Of a DNA stretch of 64,000 nt, positions 28,539-38,088 are shown piece by piece (position 1 is the stretch's first letter; every line of letters starts with the position of its first letter). The translations under genes and the position numbers were made by a program. Origin of the DNA: Candidatus Marinacidobacterales bacterium (GTDB taxonomy: Bacteria; Acidobacteriota; Vicinamibacteria; Marinacidobacterales; SMYC01); NCBI GenBank assembly GCA_965224085.1, contig CBDCYI010000005.1, forward strand, positions 1,280,001 through 1,344,000, written 5' to 3'. The notes under the pieces are model-generated. The model did not search any database, had not been told where the DNA came from, and saw nothing but the letters and a program-made list of their open reading frames with translations.

Positions 28539-29231
28539 GTGGCGGATAAAGTCCTCATCCTCGTCGACGACGAGGAGCTTGCCAGAATGCTGGCCGAATA
28601 TCTAGGAGCCCGTGGCTTCGAGGTTTCGCTCGCGTCACATCCATCGTCAGGGCTCGAGGCGCTTCAGGACGGGGCTTTCGACATCCTCGTTCTGGACGTT
28701 ATGCTTCCCGAGACCGATGGCTTCGAGATCCTCGGGCGCCTCCGAGCCACGAATGACATCCTGATTCTGATGCTCACCGCCCGAGGCGACGAGACCGACC
28801 GGATTGTGGGTCTCGAGCTCGGTGCCGACGACTACCTGCCGAAGCCGTTCAATCCGAGAGAGCTGACGGCGCGCCTCCGTGCGCTGTTGAGGCGCCAGAG
28901 ACGCGCGGTAAAGGCGCCGGGTGTAATACTGCGCTTCGGAGCGCTTGAGATCGATCGCGACGGCCGCCGAGTACGGCTCGCCGGCGAGCCGCGCGAGCTA
29001 ACGAGATACCAATTCGACCTCCTCCTCGCACTGGCGGAGAACCCCGGCCGTGTCATGACCCGTGACGCCCTGCTGCACCGCGTGCGGGGATCGGGACTCG
29101 AGCCCTTCGATCGCAGTATCGATGTCCACATCTCGCGCATCCGGGCCGCGGTCGAGGAGGACCCCAAAAAGCCCAAACGGATCCTGACGATCCGCGGCAC
29201 CGGATACGTATTCACCCCGATCGAAAGCTGA
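28539..29231 (+). CDS. OmpR-family response regulator
   Basis: LDVMLP, MLTARG, GADDYLPKPF, RSIDVHISRIR, IRGTGY. Confidence 0.92.
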   Translation: MADKVLILVDDEELARMLAEYLGARGFEVSLASHPSSGLEALQDGAFDILVLDVMLPETDGFEILGRLRATNDILILMLTARGDETDRIVGLELGADDYLPKPFNPRELTARLRALLRRQRRAVKAPGVILRFGALEIDRDGRRVRLAGEPRELTRYQFDLLLALAENPGRVMTRDALLHRVRGSGLEPFDRSIDVHISRIRAAVEEDPKKPKRILTIRGTGYVFTPIES

Positions 29232-29238
29232 AACCAGT

Positions 29239-30504
29239 ATGCACCGGCTCTATTGGCAGGTCTATCTGAGCTTCGTGATGATTCTTCTGCTCTTTGGTGT
29301 ACTCATGTTGTTTGCGTTCTTTTCGGTGTCGTCGCGCGACGGTCGAGGTATCGACGCCCTTACGACGCTCGCCGAGGCTGCGCTCCCGGCGGCGGGTGCG
29401 TCTGACACCGAGCTCCGAGGAGCCCTCGAGCGGCTGCGGGAGACGTTCGACGTCAGCTTGGCTATTTGGGACGACGGCGAGCGGATCGCCGCCACGGGCG
29501 CGCTTCTACCGGCGCCGGGTCAGGGTTGGACGGTGAGCCGCGTGATCCCGTCACGCGGAAGAGGTTTTACCGTGGCGCTCTTTCTCTCTGACGGACGGTG
29601 GGTGGTGGCGCGGCATCATCGACAGATCCACGCGACGGGAGGTGCGCTTGCCGTCCTGCTGCTTCTCGGCATCGCGGTGGCCCTGGGGGCCTATCCGCTC
29701 GTCCGACGGCTCACAGGGCGGGTAGAACGCCTCCAGAGGCAAGTCGAGGCGCTGGGTGCCGGTGAGCTCGGAGCCCGGGTCGACGTCGAAGGCAACGACG
29801 AGGTGGCCGGGCTCGCTCGAAGCGTCAACCGTGCCGCGGAGCGCATCGAGCGCCTCGTGGAGGCACAGCGGACGCTCCTGACCGGAGTTTCACACGAGCT
29901 CCGCTCTCCGCTTGCGCGCATTCGCGTGGCGACCGAGCTTCTCGGTGAAGGCGAGGGAACACGGCTCGAGCTCCTGGAGCGCGTCTCGGCGGACATCTCT
30001 GTGCTCGATGAACTCATTGGCGAGCTCTTGCTCGCCGCGCGGCTGGACACGCTCGAGGCCGTAGAACGTACCGCGGAGGTCGACCTTTTGGCGCTCGCCG
30101 CCGAGGTCTCGGCCGAGTTCGACGCGGACGTAAGCGGCAAGATCGCCATCGTGCGCGGCGACGGCCGTCTTCTGAGACGCCTCATCTCGAACCTGCTCTC
30201 GAATGCTCGCCGCTACGGCGGTGGCGAAACGGTCGAGGTGGATGTCCGCCCCGGCACGCCAGGGAATGTGGTCTTCACCGTATCCGATCGCGGCCCCGGC
30301 ATCCCTGAGGCGGAGCGCGAGCAAATATTCGAGCCCTTCTACCGTGCGAAAGACACTGAGCGCGCTGTCGACGGCCTCGGCCTAGCCATCGTCCGCCGCA
30401 TCGCCCAACACCACGGCGGCGAAGCGCGCTGCCTCCCAAGACCGGGAGGCGGAACCCGCTTCGAGGTGATGCTCCCCGGTTCGTGCCCGCTAGATCAACA
30501 TTAA
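29239..30504 (+). CDS. HAMP-domain sensor histidine kinase
   Basis: 2 TM, HAMP, SHELRSPL, NLLSNA, DRGPGI, FEPF, GLGLAIV. Confidence 0.92.
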   Translation: MHRLYWQVYLSFVMILLLFGVLMLFAFFSVSSRDGRGIDALTTLAEAALPAAGASDTELRGALERLRETFDVSLAIWDDGERIAATGALLPAPGQGWTVSRVIPSRGRGFTVALFLSDGRWVVARHHRQIHATGGALAVLLLLGIAVALGAYPLVRRLTGRVERLQRQVEALGAGELGARVDVEGNDEVAGLARSVNRAAERIERLVEAQRTLLTGVSHELRSPLARIRVATELLGEGEGTRLELLERVSADISVLDELIGELLLAARLDTLEAVERTAEVDLLALAAEVSAEFDADVSGKIAIVRGDGRLLRRLISNLLSNARRYGGGETVEVDVRPGTPGNVVFTVSDRGPGIPEAEREQIFEPFYRAKDTERAVDGLGLAIVRRIAQHHGGEARCLPRPGGGTRFEVMLPGSCPLDQH

Positions 30505-30534
30505 GAAAAGCGCTACCCTTTTCTTATTATTGAT

Positions 30535-31169
30535 TTAGCGAGCACTCCACTCGACAGTAGCCACGTCGCCAAGAGTCAGAGAGATACCGGGCTCGAGGCG
30601 GGAGGCGCGTTCGCGGGCGTCGTGGTCGAACACACCGTTCGAGCTCGCGGTGTCGATCGCGTATAGGACGCCCGCGATCTCGATGATGAGAAGATGCACG
30701 CGCGAGATCGTCCGGTCCGCCAGAACTCTGCCGGCATCGCAACGGCGGGAGCGGCCGAGCAGAATCCCCGACTGCGCGGCGCGGTGCCCGAGGATGACCG
30801 TCGCGACACCACGCGACGAGGTAATGAGCAACTCGCCATACGGCGCTTCGTTCTGGCCGACGAGCTCGTGGACCGCCATCTCGGGACCGGCCACGTTGTG
30901 AACGAGGGTTGGAGAGGAGGAGAGCGAGGGCAGATCGTCGACCTCCCATGCTTTGTCGCTCTCGGCTTCCCAGTGATGTGATTTCTCGTCTGTCTCGACC
31001 TCGTCGAGGTAGAGGCGGGACGGAATCTGAGCCCAGCCCGTAGGACGTCGTCGACGGAAACACCCAACAGAGTCTTTTCGTCCCTGGACGTGGACGGGGG
31101 ATCCGAATCGCTCTTGACCCAAAATATCCGGGACTCGTCGCTCGCTGGTCTCCGGGACTCGTTGCTCAT
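30535..31169 (-). pseudogene. FHA-domain protein remnant (frameshifted/deleted)
   Basis: LLGRSRRC…ISRVH…DTASSNG FHA motifs; plausible start (MSNESRR) is in another frame. Confidence 0.6.
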
Positions 31170-31332
31170 TGGAACCTCGGCGCTATTATGCGCGACCCGA
31201 GCGCGGTCCTCAACAGTCGCAAGGTCGGTCGTCGACGAGGTGGCGTTATCTGGCCAGACGGCTACAGACAAAAGAAAAGGCCGGGAGGCGCCGCCCCTCG
31301 ACGCTCCCGGTTAGAATGACGAACGAAAATCG

Positions 31333-31788
31333 CTAGGGCCTTCCGCCGCCGCCGCCCGCGAACGGATCAGGCGGGACGATCCCAACGCGCTCCACGCCAT
31401 TTCCTCGAGCCACGTCCAGGATCGCGACGATCTCGCCGTACTTCAGCGAAGGCGCAGCACGGAGGAAGATCGTCTTGTCCGAACGGGTCTCGAAGATGTC
31501 TCGAATGCGAAGCGGGAGCTCATCGAGCGTGACCGGTTGCTTGTTGATGGTCACATTGCCTGCCGTGTCGATATTGAGCACTAGCTGGTTTGGATCGGGC
31601 GGGGTGTCTTCCGCGAGGTTTTCCGCTGATTCGGGCAGCTCTACGTCATGGCCCGCTTGGGTCAGTGGCGTCACCACCATGAAGATGATGAGCAGTACCA
31701 ACATGACGTCGATAATCGGCGTCACATTGATATCCTTCATGGAACCGCCAGAAGCAGCACTTCCACTTCCACTTGTTGCCATTCCCAT
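31333..31788 (-). CDS. exbD: ExbD/TolR family protein
   Basis: INVTPIIDVMLVLLIIFMV. Confidence 0.93.
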   Translation of the reverse strand: MGMATSGSGSAASGGSMKDINVTPIIDVMLVLLIIFMVVTPLTQAGHDVELPESAENLAEDTPPDPNQLVLNIDTAGNVTINKQPVTLDELPLRIRDIFETRSDKTIFLRAAPSLKYGEIVAILDVARGNGVERVGIVPPDPFAGGGGGRP

Positions 31789-31813
31789 AAGATTGCTCCT
31801 TTAAAAAAGACGA

Positions 31814-32227
31814 CTAGCCGGTCGCTCTCTCCGTGATCAAGCCGATTTCGTCGGCTCCTGCGTCGCGGCAAAGCTCCATCACCCGCATGACATCGCGGTA
31901 TTCCAATCCCTCATCTGCCTTGAGAAAAAGAATTTTTTCCGTTTTGCCTGCGAAGACTTCCGAAAGCTGGGTGACGAGCAGCGCTTCGGCTACAGGCTGC
32001 ATGTTGAGAAAGATCGTGAGGTCCAACCGGATGGCTACGTTGACGACGTCCTCAGTGTCCGGATGCTCGCTGGAATATTCCGCTACCGGAAGTTTGACGT
32101 CGACGCCTTTTTGGAGCAGCGGGGTGATGACCATGAAGATGATGAGCAGCACCAGCATGACGTCCGCGAGCGGCGTCACGTTGATCTGGCTGTTAAGATT
32201 GTCCTCCCGGCCTGTGCCCATTGCCAT
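31814..32227 (-). CDS. exbD: ExbD/TolR family protein
   Basis: INVTPLADVMLVLLIIFMV, LKAD. Confidence 0.93.
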   Translation of the reverse strand: MAMGTGREDNLNSQINVTPLADVMLVLLIIFMVITPLLQKGVDVKLPVAEYSSEHPDTEDVVNVAIRLDLTIFLNMQPVAEALLVTQLSEVFAGKTEKILFLKADEGLEYRDVMRVMELCRDAGADEIGLITERATG

Positions 32228-32276
32228 AACTGTGTCTCCTTTACTGCGTCATTGTGCTCAATGCGACGACAGCAGT

Positions 32277-32954
32277 TTAGCCGGCCGTCCTCTTGGCCAT
32301 GTAGTCGATGAGCTCGGAGGCGCTGTTGTCCATCTCGACGGTGAAGCCTTCCACGCGCGCGATGAGATAGTTGAACGCCCACACGGCTGGGATCGCTACG
32401 AAGAGACCGAAAGCCGTAGCGACGAGAGCCTCGGCGATTCCAGCCGAGACGGCGCCGATTCCACCGGAGCCCGTGAGAGCCATGCCGCGGAAAGCGTTGA
32501 TAATGCCCGCAACCGTTCCGAAGAGGCCGACGAAAACAGCCGTCGCTCCCACCGTGGCGAGACCCGAAAGGCCCCTCTTGAGGTCGGTAAGATTGAGCGC
32601 GGTGGCGCGCTCGATCGCGCGGTGAGCCGCTTCCATCATGTCGCCGCGGGATCCTTCACCACTCTCTTTCTGGTACTGGTACTCTTGAAGGCCAGCAAGA
32701 AGAACTCTCGCCAAGTGGCTGTTCTTCACGTCCTTCCCGCTCGAAACCTTGATGGCTTCCTGGATCTTGCCGTCTTTCAACAGCTTGGCCACCTTCGGCG
32801 CGTAGACTCTGGACTGCTTCTTCGCTTTGCGGAAGGTCATCCACCGCTCGATCATTACGCTCAAGGAATAAATGGACATGATCAACAACGTGAAGTTCAC
32901 TCCCCTCGCGGTGAATCCCATGTGCTGCCAAATATCGATTAAGCTAAACGACAT
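32277..32954 (-). CDS. exbB: MotA/TolQ/ExbB proton channel protein
   Basis: LATVG..A.FVGLFGTV.GI, GIAEALVATAFGL.VAIPA. Confidence 0.93.
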   Translation of the reverse strand: MSFSLIDIWQHMGFTARGVNFTLLIMSIYSLSVMIERWMTFRKAKKQSRVYAPKVAKLLKDGKIQEAIKVSSGKDVKNSHLARVLLAGLQEYQYQKESGEGSRGDMMEAAHRAIERATALNLTDLKRGLSGLATVGATAVFVGLFGTVAGIINAFRGMALTGSGGIGAVSAGIAEALVATAFGLFVAIPAVWAFNYLIARVEGFTVEMDNSASELIDYMAKRTAG

Positions 32955-33045
32955 TATTTCCTCCTGTTTGCCTTAGGTGCTCTGAACTCACAACCGCCAC
33001 TCTGGTGGGGTACGAACTCGTCAAATGTAAAATAACCAAAAGAAA

Positions 33046-33786
33046 CTAACCCAATGTGAAATTAACCGTCACCGTCATCACGATCGGCACCGGTACGCCG
33101 TTCAACAACGTGGGCTCGTATTGCCAATTCCGGACGGCGTCGATGGCCGACTGATCCAGGAGCGGGATCGAGCGCAGAACGCGCACGTTCGTGACGTTTC
33201 CCGTAGGATCGATGATGGCTTCGAGGATGACGATACCCTGCACCCGCGCCTGTTTGGCGATATCGGGATATTTCGGGGCGACATCTTTGATCTTGTTCGG
33301 CGGACGGATGTCACCGCCCACGCGCACCGGCTCTTGCTTTACCGGCGGGGGAGGTGCGTCCGGCAGCCCGCCAACAATACCGCCGATGACGCCGCCCGGG
33401 ACGCCGCCTTCGACACCACCTGCGACACCGAAATCCATGCCCATGTCGTCCATCGAGATTTCGTCCGGGATCTCGACGGGCGCCACGAACTGCGGCGTCA
33501 CGGCGAGCACGGGACGCGGCGGTCTCGGCCGCGCTTTCGGCGGCGGCGGCGGTGGCGGCGGCGGCGGCGGCGGCGGCGGCTGGGCCATGAAACTCATGAT
33601 CCCTTGCGGTGTCGGCATATTATCGGTCGCCATCAAAGGAATGATGACCATACCTGCCACGATTCCGCCCTGAAAGAGCAGAGACGTCATAAAGGTCGCG
33701 AAAGACCTGCCCGTGGTAGTCGTGTTGGGCGTAAGCGCGAACATCTCTTTCTTGGGTACATCCGTTTCTTTAACGTTGTTGGCCAC
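33046..33786 (-). CDS. tonB: Energy transducer TonB
   Basis: TM anchor, polyproline, GGVxGG repeats, YP..AK.ARVQG TonB_C. Confidence 0.9.
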   Translation of the reverse strand: MANNVKETDVPKKEMFALTPNTTTTGRSFATFMTSLLFQGGIVAGMVIIPLMATDNMPTPQGIMSFMAQPPPPPPPPPPPPPPKARPRPPRPVLAVTPQFVAPVEIPDEISMDDMGMDFGVAGGVEGGVPGGVIGGIVGGLPDAPPPPVKQEPVRVGGDIRPPNKIKDVAPKYPDIAKQARVQGIVILEAIIDPTGNVTNVRVLRSIPLLDQSAIDAVRNWQYEPTLLNGVPVPIVMTVTVNFTLG

Positions 33787-34113
33787 GGCGTTCGGCGCTC
33801 CTTTCGGGAGATTTATGAACGACTCTGACTAATAAGTTCGCTCTAATCCGTATCGCTTTATCACCAAGCGGGATATGAGGGAGATCCCATCTCGGCTTGT
33901 TTAGGCCTTAGACACCAGGATTCCGACAAAGGTTCCCGTCCACTCGAGAAATCTATGGGAGCGAAGAATCGTAGGCACGGTGCCTCTAAATACACACACG
34001 ACGAAGTTAGAGGGACCCGTCGAGTGGTGTATGAGATATATGGAGCGTATTCCATTTGTTCGAGTAAATCTACGACGGGTGCTTGAAGGACCCCCGTCCA
34101 ATTCGAGCGGGCT

Positions 34114-34142
34114 ATATTAATTCGCGATTCGCAGCGTGTCAA
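34114..34142 (-). promoter_or_regulatory. Putative sigma70 promoter for tonB-exbB-exbD operon
   Basis: TTGACA-17-TAATAT on minus strand. Confidence 0.55.
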
Positions 34143-34273
34143 CCCTCCTTCGCCCTCTCCGCCGTCGCCCTTCGGGCGAGGCGAATAGGGCTACGGCGGG
34201 GCAAGACCACCGTCGGCCTGCGGGGGCCTTGGCTCGCCGGAGCTAAATTGAAATAGATTTAGCGAAGGCGGCG
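34143..34273. repeat. REP-like intergenic palindromic element
   Basis: CCTTCGCC…GGGCTACGGCGGGGCAAG…GCGAAGGCGG with internal hairpin TCGCCCTTCGGGCGA. Confidence 0.45.
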
Positions 34274-34274
34274 A

Positions 34275-35078
34275 CTAGTGCAAATTGAAACGGACGACGA
34301 GGTCCGCTAGGCACTTTATGGGACGTCCGTTCTTGGTCGCCGGCGAGAAGCGCCAGCTGGACTCGACGACGCGGACGGCTTGCTCATCGAGCTCGGGAAT
34401 CGAGGTTAGAATCTTCACCACGTGGACGAGGCCTTGCTCGTCGATGATCACCCGCAGCTTTACGGAGCCCGTGACTTTCTCGCGAATCGCCTCCTCCGTG
34501 TAGCGAGGTAGAGGCCTCCGGATCGGGCGGGGGCCCACGTCGGGCTTCGGAAATCGTGGGAGCTCGGCGCCCGTGCCGCCGAGCACGCCACCGGGCAAAC
34601 CGCCCGGTACGCCGCCGATGACGCCCATGGGCACGCCGCCGCGCAAGCCGCTCTGGTCGCCGTCGTCGAAGCCATCCTCGACGCCTGGGCCAAGCTCGAA
34701 CGCCGGACCCAATATCGCATCGGGGATCGCCGCAAAAACCATCTTGCTGTCGAAGACAGGGCTCGCGGCGATAACGGGTCGCGGCTCCGCCTCGGATGCA
34801 CGTGTGGCCTCCGAGGATCCCCTCCGGATGGGCGGTGGCGGCGGTGGCGCGAACTGCAAGATCGCTGCGGGCAGAGGCGGTGACAAATCGATTTCGGCGG
34901 AGAGAAGCGAGAGGATGGCGAGCGCGCCAATCGCAGCCGCGTGAATGGCAAAGCCGAGGGACGCACTCAACCGATGGCGAACACCAGCGTGATGACAGCC
35001 GGCAGCAAGAGCAAACAGATCCGCCGCCTGCTCCTCCTCCCGATCGCGTGAGAGCCCCTCGTCCACGATGCTCGCCAT
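34275..35078 (-). CDS. Energy transducer TonB-like protein
   Basis: TM, Pro-rich, GGVPGG repeats, YTEEA…V.GSV.L TonB_C. Confidence 0.85.
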   Translation of the reverse strand: MASIVDEGLSRDREEEQAADLFALAAGCHHAGVRHRLSASLGFAIHAAAIGALAILSLLSAEIDLSPPLPAAILQFAPPPPPPIRRGSSEATRASEAEPRPVIAASPVFDSKMVFAAIPDAILGPAFELGPGVEDGFDDGDQSGLRGGVPMGVIGGVPGGLPGGVLGGTGAELPRFPKPDVGPRPIRRPLPRYTEEAIREKVTGSVKLRVIIDEQGLVHVVKILTSIPELDEQAVRVVESSWRFSPATKNGRPIKCLADLVVRFNLH

Positions 35079-35167
35079 CGCAAAATAACCCCTGAACCCA
35101 TTCTACAACGGGAGCCGCGGACCTAATGTTCCTGAATCTCGCCGATGCCGCGAGGAGCGGCGCTGAA

Positions 35168-36118
35168 CTAGACTCGCGCTTCCGTTGTCTTCGGCTTGGC
35201 GCGGCTTCGGCTCCGCCCTTTCCCTGCCGCGCGCCACCACAGCACGATCGGTGCGGCGATCGCGATCGACGAATACGTGCCGATGATGACGCCTGCCACC
35301 AGCACAAAGGAGAACGGTCTCAAGACCGCGCCGCCCATGACGAATAGAGCAATCACGACGACGAGCGTGAGGCCCGACGTCAGTACCGTCCGACGCAAGG
35401 TCTGATTGATCGAGAGGTTGATGATCTCTTCGAGAGAGCTCCGGCGAACGAGCTTCCGGTTCTCGCGCACGCGATCGAAGATTACGATCGTGTCGTTGAC
35501 GGAGTAGCCCACTAGTGTCAAAAAGGCGGCGATGACGTAGAGCGTGATCTCGAGATTGAAGATCGAAACGAGCGCGAGCGTTAGCACCACGTCATGGATG
35601 ACCGCGACCGTCGCGCCGACGCCGTACACGAACTCGAAACGGAACGCGATGTAAAGGAGCATGGCCACGAGCGCAAAGAGCGTGGCATTACGCGCCTGGC
35701 GTCGAAGCTCCTCACCGACCACTGGGCCCACGATCTCGGTGCTCGAGTCCGCCAACCTATTGTTCGGGACGCTTTCGAGCGTTGCGAGGATCGTGTTGGC
35801 GGCCGTGTCGAGCTCGACGCGGTCACCGGCCTGCCGCCCGACGCGGATCATGACGGTGTTGAGCTCCTCGCGTCCGTAGCGTTGGATCACCGAGCCTTCG
35901 ATGCCTGCGCCGCGGAGCTCAGTTCGAATCACGTCGACTTCGGGTCTGTTCTCGAATTTGACGTAAACGATCGTTCCTTCGGAGAAGTCGATCCCATAGC
36001 TCAAGCCCCCTTTGCGGGCGACGTCGAGCCCTCCGAGGATGGTAACGATCAGAGAGAAGCCAATGAAGTACCATCGGTACTTCAGCCAATCGATTTTAGT
36101 GTCGCCAATGAAATCCAT
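35168..36118 (-). CDS. secF: Protein translocase subunit SecF
   Basis: GIDF, VGPVVG.EL, GYSVNDTIVIFDRVRE, GTYSSI. Confidence 0.95.
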   Translation of the reverse strand: MDFIGDTKIDWLKYRWYFIGFSLIVTILGGLDVARKGGLSYGIDFSEGTIVYVKFENRPEVDVIRTELRGAGIEGSVIQRYGREELNTVMIRVGRQAGDRVELDTAANTILATLESVPNNRLADSSTEIVGPVVGEELRRQARNATLFALVAMLLYIAFRFEFVYGVGATVAVIHDVVLTLALVSIFNLEITLYVIAAFLTLVGYSVNDTIVIFDRVRENRKLVRRSSLEEIINLSINQTLRRTVLTSGLTLVVVIALFVMGGAVLRPFSFVLVAGVIIGTYSSIAIAAPIVLWWRAAGKGRSRSRAKPKTTEARV

Positions 36119-36130
36119 CTTGCTCTCGCT

Positions 36131-37672
36131 CTAGATGCTCAGCGCTTCGACTTGCCGCCGCCCGCCGAGGACCGCGTCGAAAATGAAGCGTGAGACGAAA
36201 ATGGCCGTGAACATGTTGGAGAGAAGTCCAATGCTGAGTGTCACGGCGAATCCTTGAACCGGGCCCGTGCCGAACTGGAAGAGGATCGCCGCCGCGACGA
36301 GACTCGTGAAGTTGGCGTCGAAGATCGTCCAGAAGGCCTTGCCGAAGCCCGCGGAGATAGCCGTGCGCGGTGTCTTTCCGGCCCGCATTTCCTCTTTGAT
36401 GCGCTCGAAGATGAGCACATTGGCATCCACCCCCATTCCAATGGTCAAGATGACCCCCGCGATACCGGGCAACGTGAGAGTTGCCGAGAAATAAGCCAGG
36501 GCCCCGACTAGGATGAGTAGATTCAGGAGGAGGGCGACCACCGCGTTCACGCCGGAGAGGCGGTAATAGAGCAGAATGAATAGCACGACGCTCGCGAGCC
36601 CCACGACCGAGGCCGTGATACCGCTCCGGATAGAATCGGCGCCGAGGCTCGGGCCGACGGTGCGCTCTTCCTGATATTCGAGCGATGCGGGGAGCGCGCC
36701 GGAGCGCAGCTTCAACGCGAGATCGTAGGCGGAGTCTGTCGTGAAGTTCCCCGTGATTTGCCCGCGGTCATAGATGACCCCTTCGATGGTGGGCGCCGAG
36801 ATGACGGTGCCGTCGAGCACGATGGCGAGAGGGCGGCCGAGATTCTCCCGCGTCGCCGTCTGGAAGCGCCCGGCCGCCTCCGGCTTGAGCGTGAAGTTGA
36901 TGTCGGGTCGATTCGTTTGGGTGTCGAGGCCCGAGCTCGCGTTCTTCAAATCTCGGCCGGTGATGATAGAAGTGCGCTCCAGAAGGTAGTACGTTTTGTT
37001 GCCGGCTTCATCGGCCTCGCCGGGCAGGATCTCGGTTCCCGGCGGTTGCGGCTGAAACTGGTCCTCGGAGAGCCCCGTGGAACGCGCGATCTTCAGCTCG
37101 AGCTTGGCCGTTGATTTGATGACATCCTTCGCACGGGCCACGTCGTCGAAACCTGGGAGCTGCACGAGAATCTGGCTCCCGCGATCGCCATGGGGCGCGA
37201 TGACGGGCTCGGCGACGCCGAGTGCATCGACGCGTCGCCGGATCGTCTCGATGGCCTGGGTGACCGTGTCTTGCTGGAGGACGGCCAACTCGGCGGAACG
37301 CATTTCGAGCTCAAAGCCCGAAGAGCCCCCCAAGCTGCGCACGTCCCACGCCGGATAGCCGTTTTCGGTTAGCCTACGGAACTCGCTACTTTTATTAGTA
37401 TCGAGACCCGACACGACCAGTTTGCCGGGCTCCACAATCTCGATAGTGCCAAAGGCTATGCTCTCGTCATCGAGCACTTGTTCCAGGATGCCTACGAGCT
37501 CGTCCGTGACCGCGTTCAAGGCGTCGATCGTATTCACCCTCATTATGAGGTGGATGCCGCCTTTGAGATCGAGGCCGAGCTTGATCTTCTCTTCCGGTGG
37601 GTAGAAAGCCCAGGTGCATCCCGCCACGACGACGAGGATGAGCACGGCCTTCCAACGCAAGTTCTTCTTCAT
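36131..37672 (-). CDS. secD: Protein translocase subunit SecD
   Basis: LGLDLKGG, LRSGALP, VGPSLG, DANVLIFERI. Confidence 0.95.
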   Translation of the reverse strand: MKKNLRWKAVLILVVVAGCTWAFYPPEEKIKLGLDLKGGIHLIMRVNTIDALNAVTDELVGILEQVLDDESIAFGTIEIVEPGKLVVSGLDTNKSSEFRRLTENGYPAWDVRSLGGSSGFELEMRSAELAVLQQDTVTQAIETIRRRVDALGVAEPVIAPHGDRGSQILVQLPGFDDVARAKDVIKSTAKLELKIARSTGLSEDQFQPQPPGTEILPGEADEAGNKTYYLLERTSIITGRDLKNASSGLDTQTNRPDINFTLKPEAAGRFQTATRENLGRPLAIVLDGTVISAPTIEGVIYDRGQITGNFTTDSAYDLALKLRSGALPASLEYQEERTVGPSLGADSIRSGITASVVGLASVVLFILLYYRLSGVNAVVALLLNLLILVGALAYFSATLTLPGIAGVILTIGMGVDANVLIFERIKEEMRAGKTPRTAISAGFGKAFWTIFDANFTSLVAAAILFQFGTGPVQGFAVTLSIGLLSNMFTAIFVSRFIFDAVLGGRRQVEALSI

Positions 37673-37740
37673 GGGATCTCGACTCCAAATGTTGCGTTTC
37701 GTTCTTGGCGCTCTTGGTGGCGAAGCGAAGCGATTCGACG

Positions 37741-38088
37741 TCAGGAACGCTTCGATGGCTCCTCGACGAGTTGGGTGACGGCCGACTTCGCGACTTGAAC
37801 TTTCACGCTGTCGGCCACCCTCAAGTGGATGAGATCGTCGTGCACACTGACGACGGTCCCGTAGATGCCGCCGGTCGTCAAGACACGGTCGCCATTCTTC
37901 AACTCTTCCCTCATCGTCTCCGTTTCCTGCTGGCTTTTGCGCATGGGCCTAATCATGATCAAGTAAAACAAGCCGAAGATGATGAGGATCAGTATGAACT
38001 GGTTACCGAAGAACGAACCGGGAGCCTGCCATGGTACGAACCAAGGGCTGAACATCCATGTAATGATAGTGCACTGATTTTCGGGCAT
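37741..38088 (-). CDS. yajC: Preprotein translocase subunit YajC (start 38088 or 38055)
   Basis: FYLIMIRP, L..GD.V.T.GGIYG; between tgt and secD. Confidence 0.9.
   Translation of the reverse strand: MPENQCTIITWMFSPWFVPWQAPGSFFGNQFILILIIFGLFYLIMIRPMRKSQQETETMREELKNGDRVLTTGGIYGTVVSVHDDLIHLRVADSVKVQVAKSAVTQLVEEPSKRS

Noticed and set aside
33538-33580. (GGC)n trinucleotide repeat as a contingency locus
   Set aside because: Encodes the ordinary polyproline spacer of TonB; in frame
33787-34113. Cobalamin or TPP riboswitch before tonB; 66-aa uORF 33901-34101
   Set aside because: Hallmark motifs not recognised; uORF has a TTG start and no RBS
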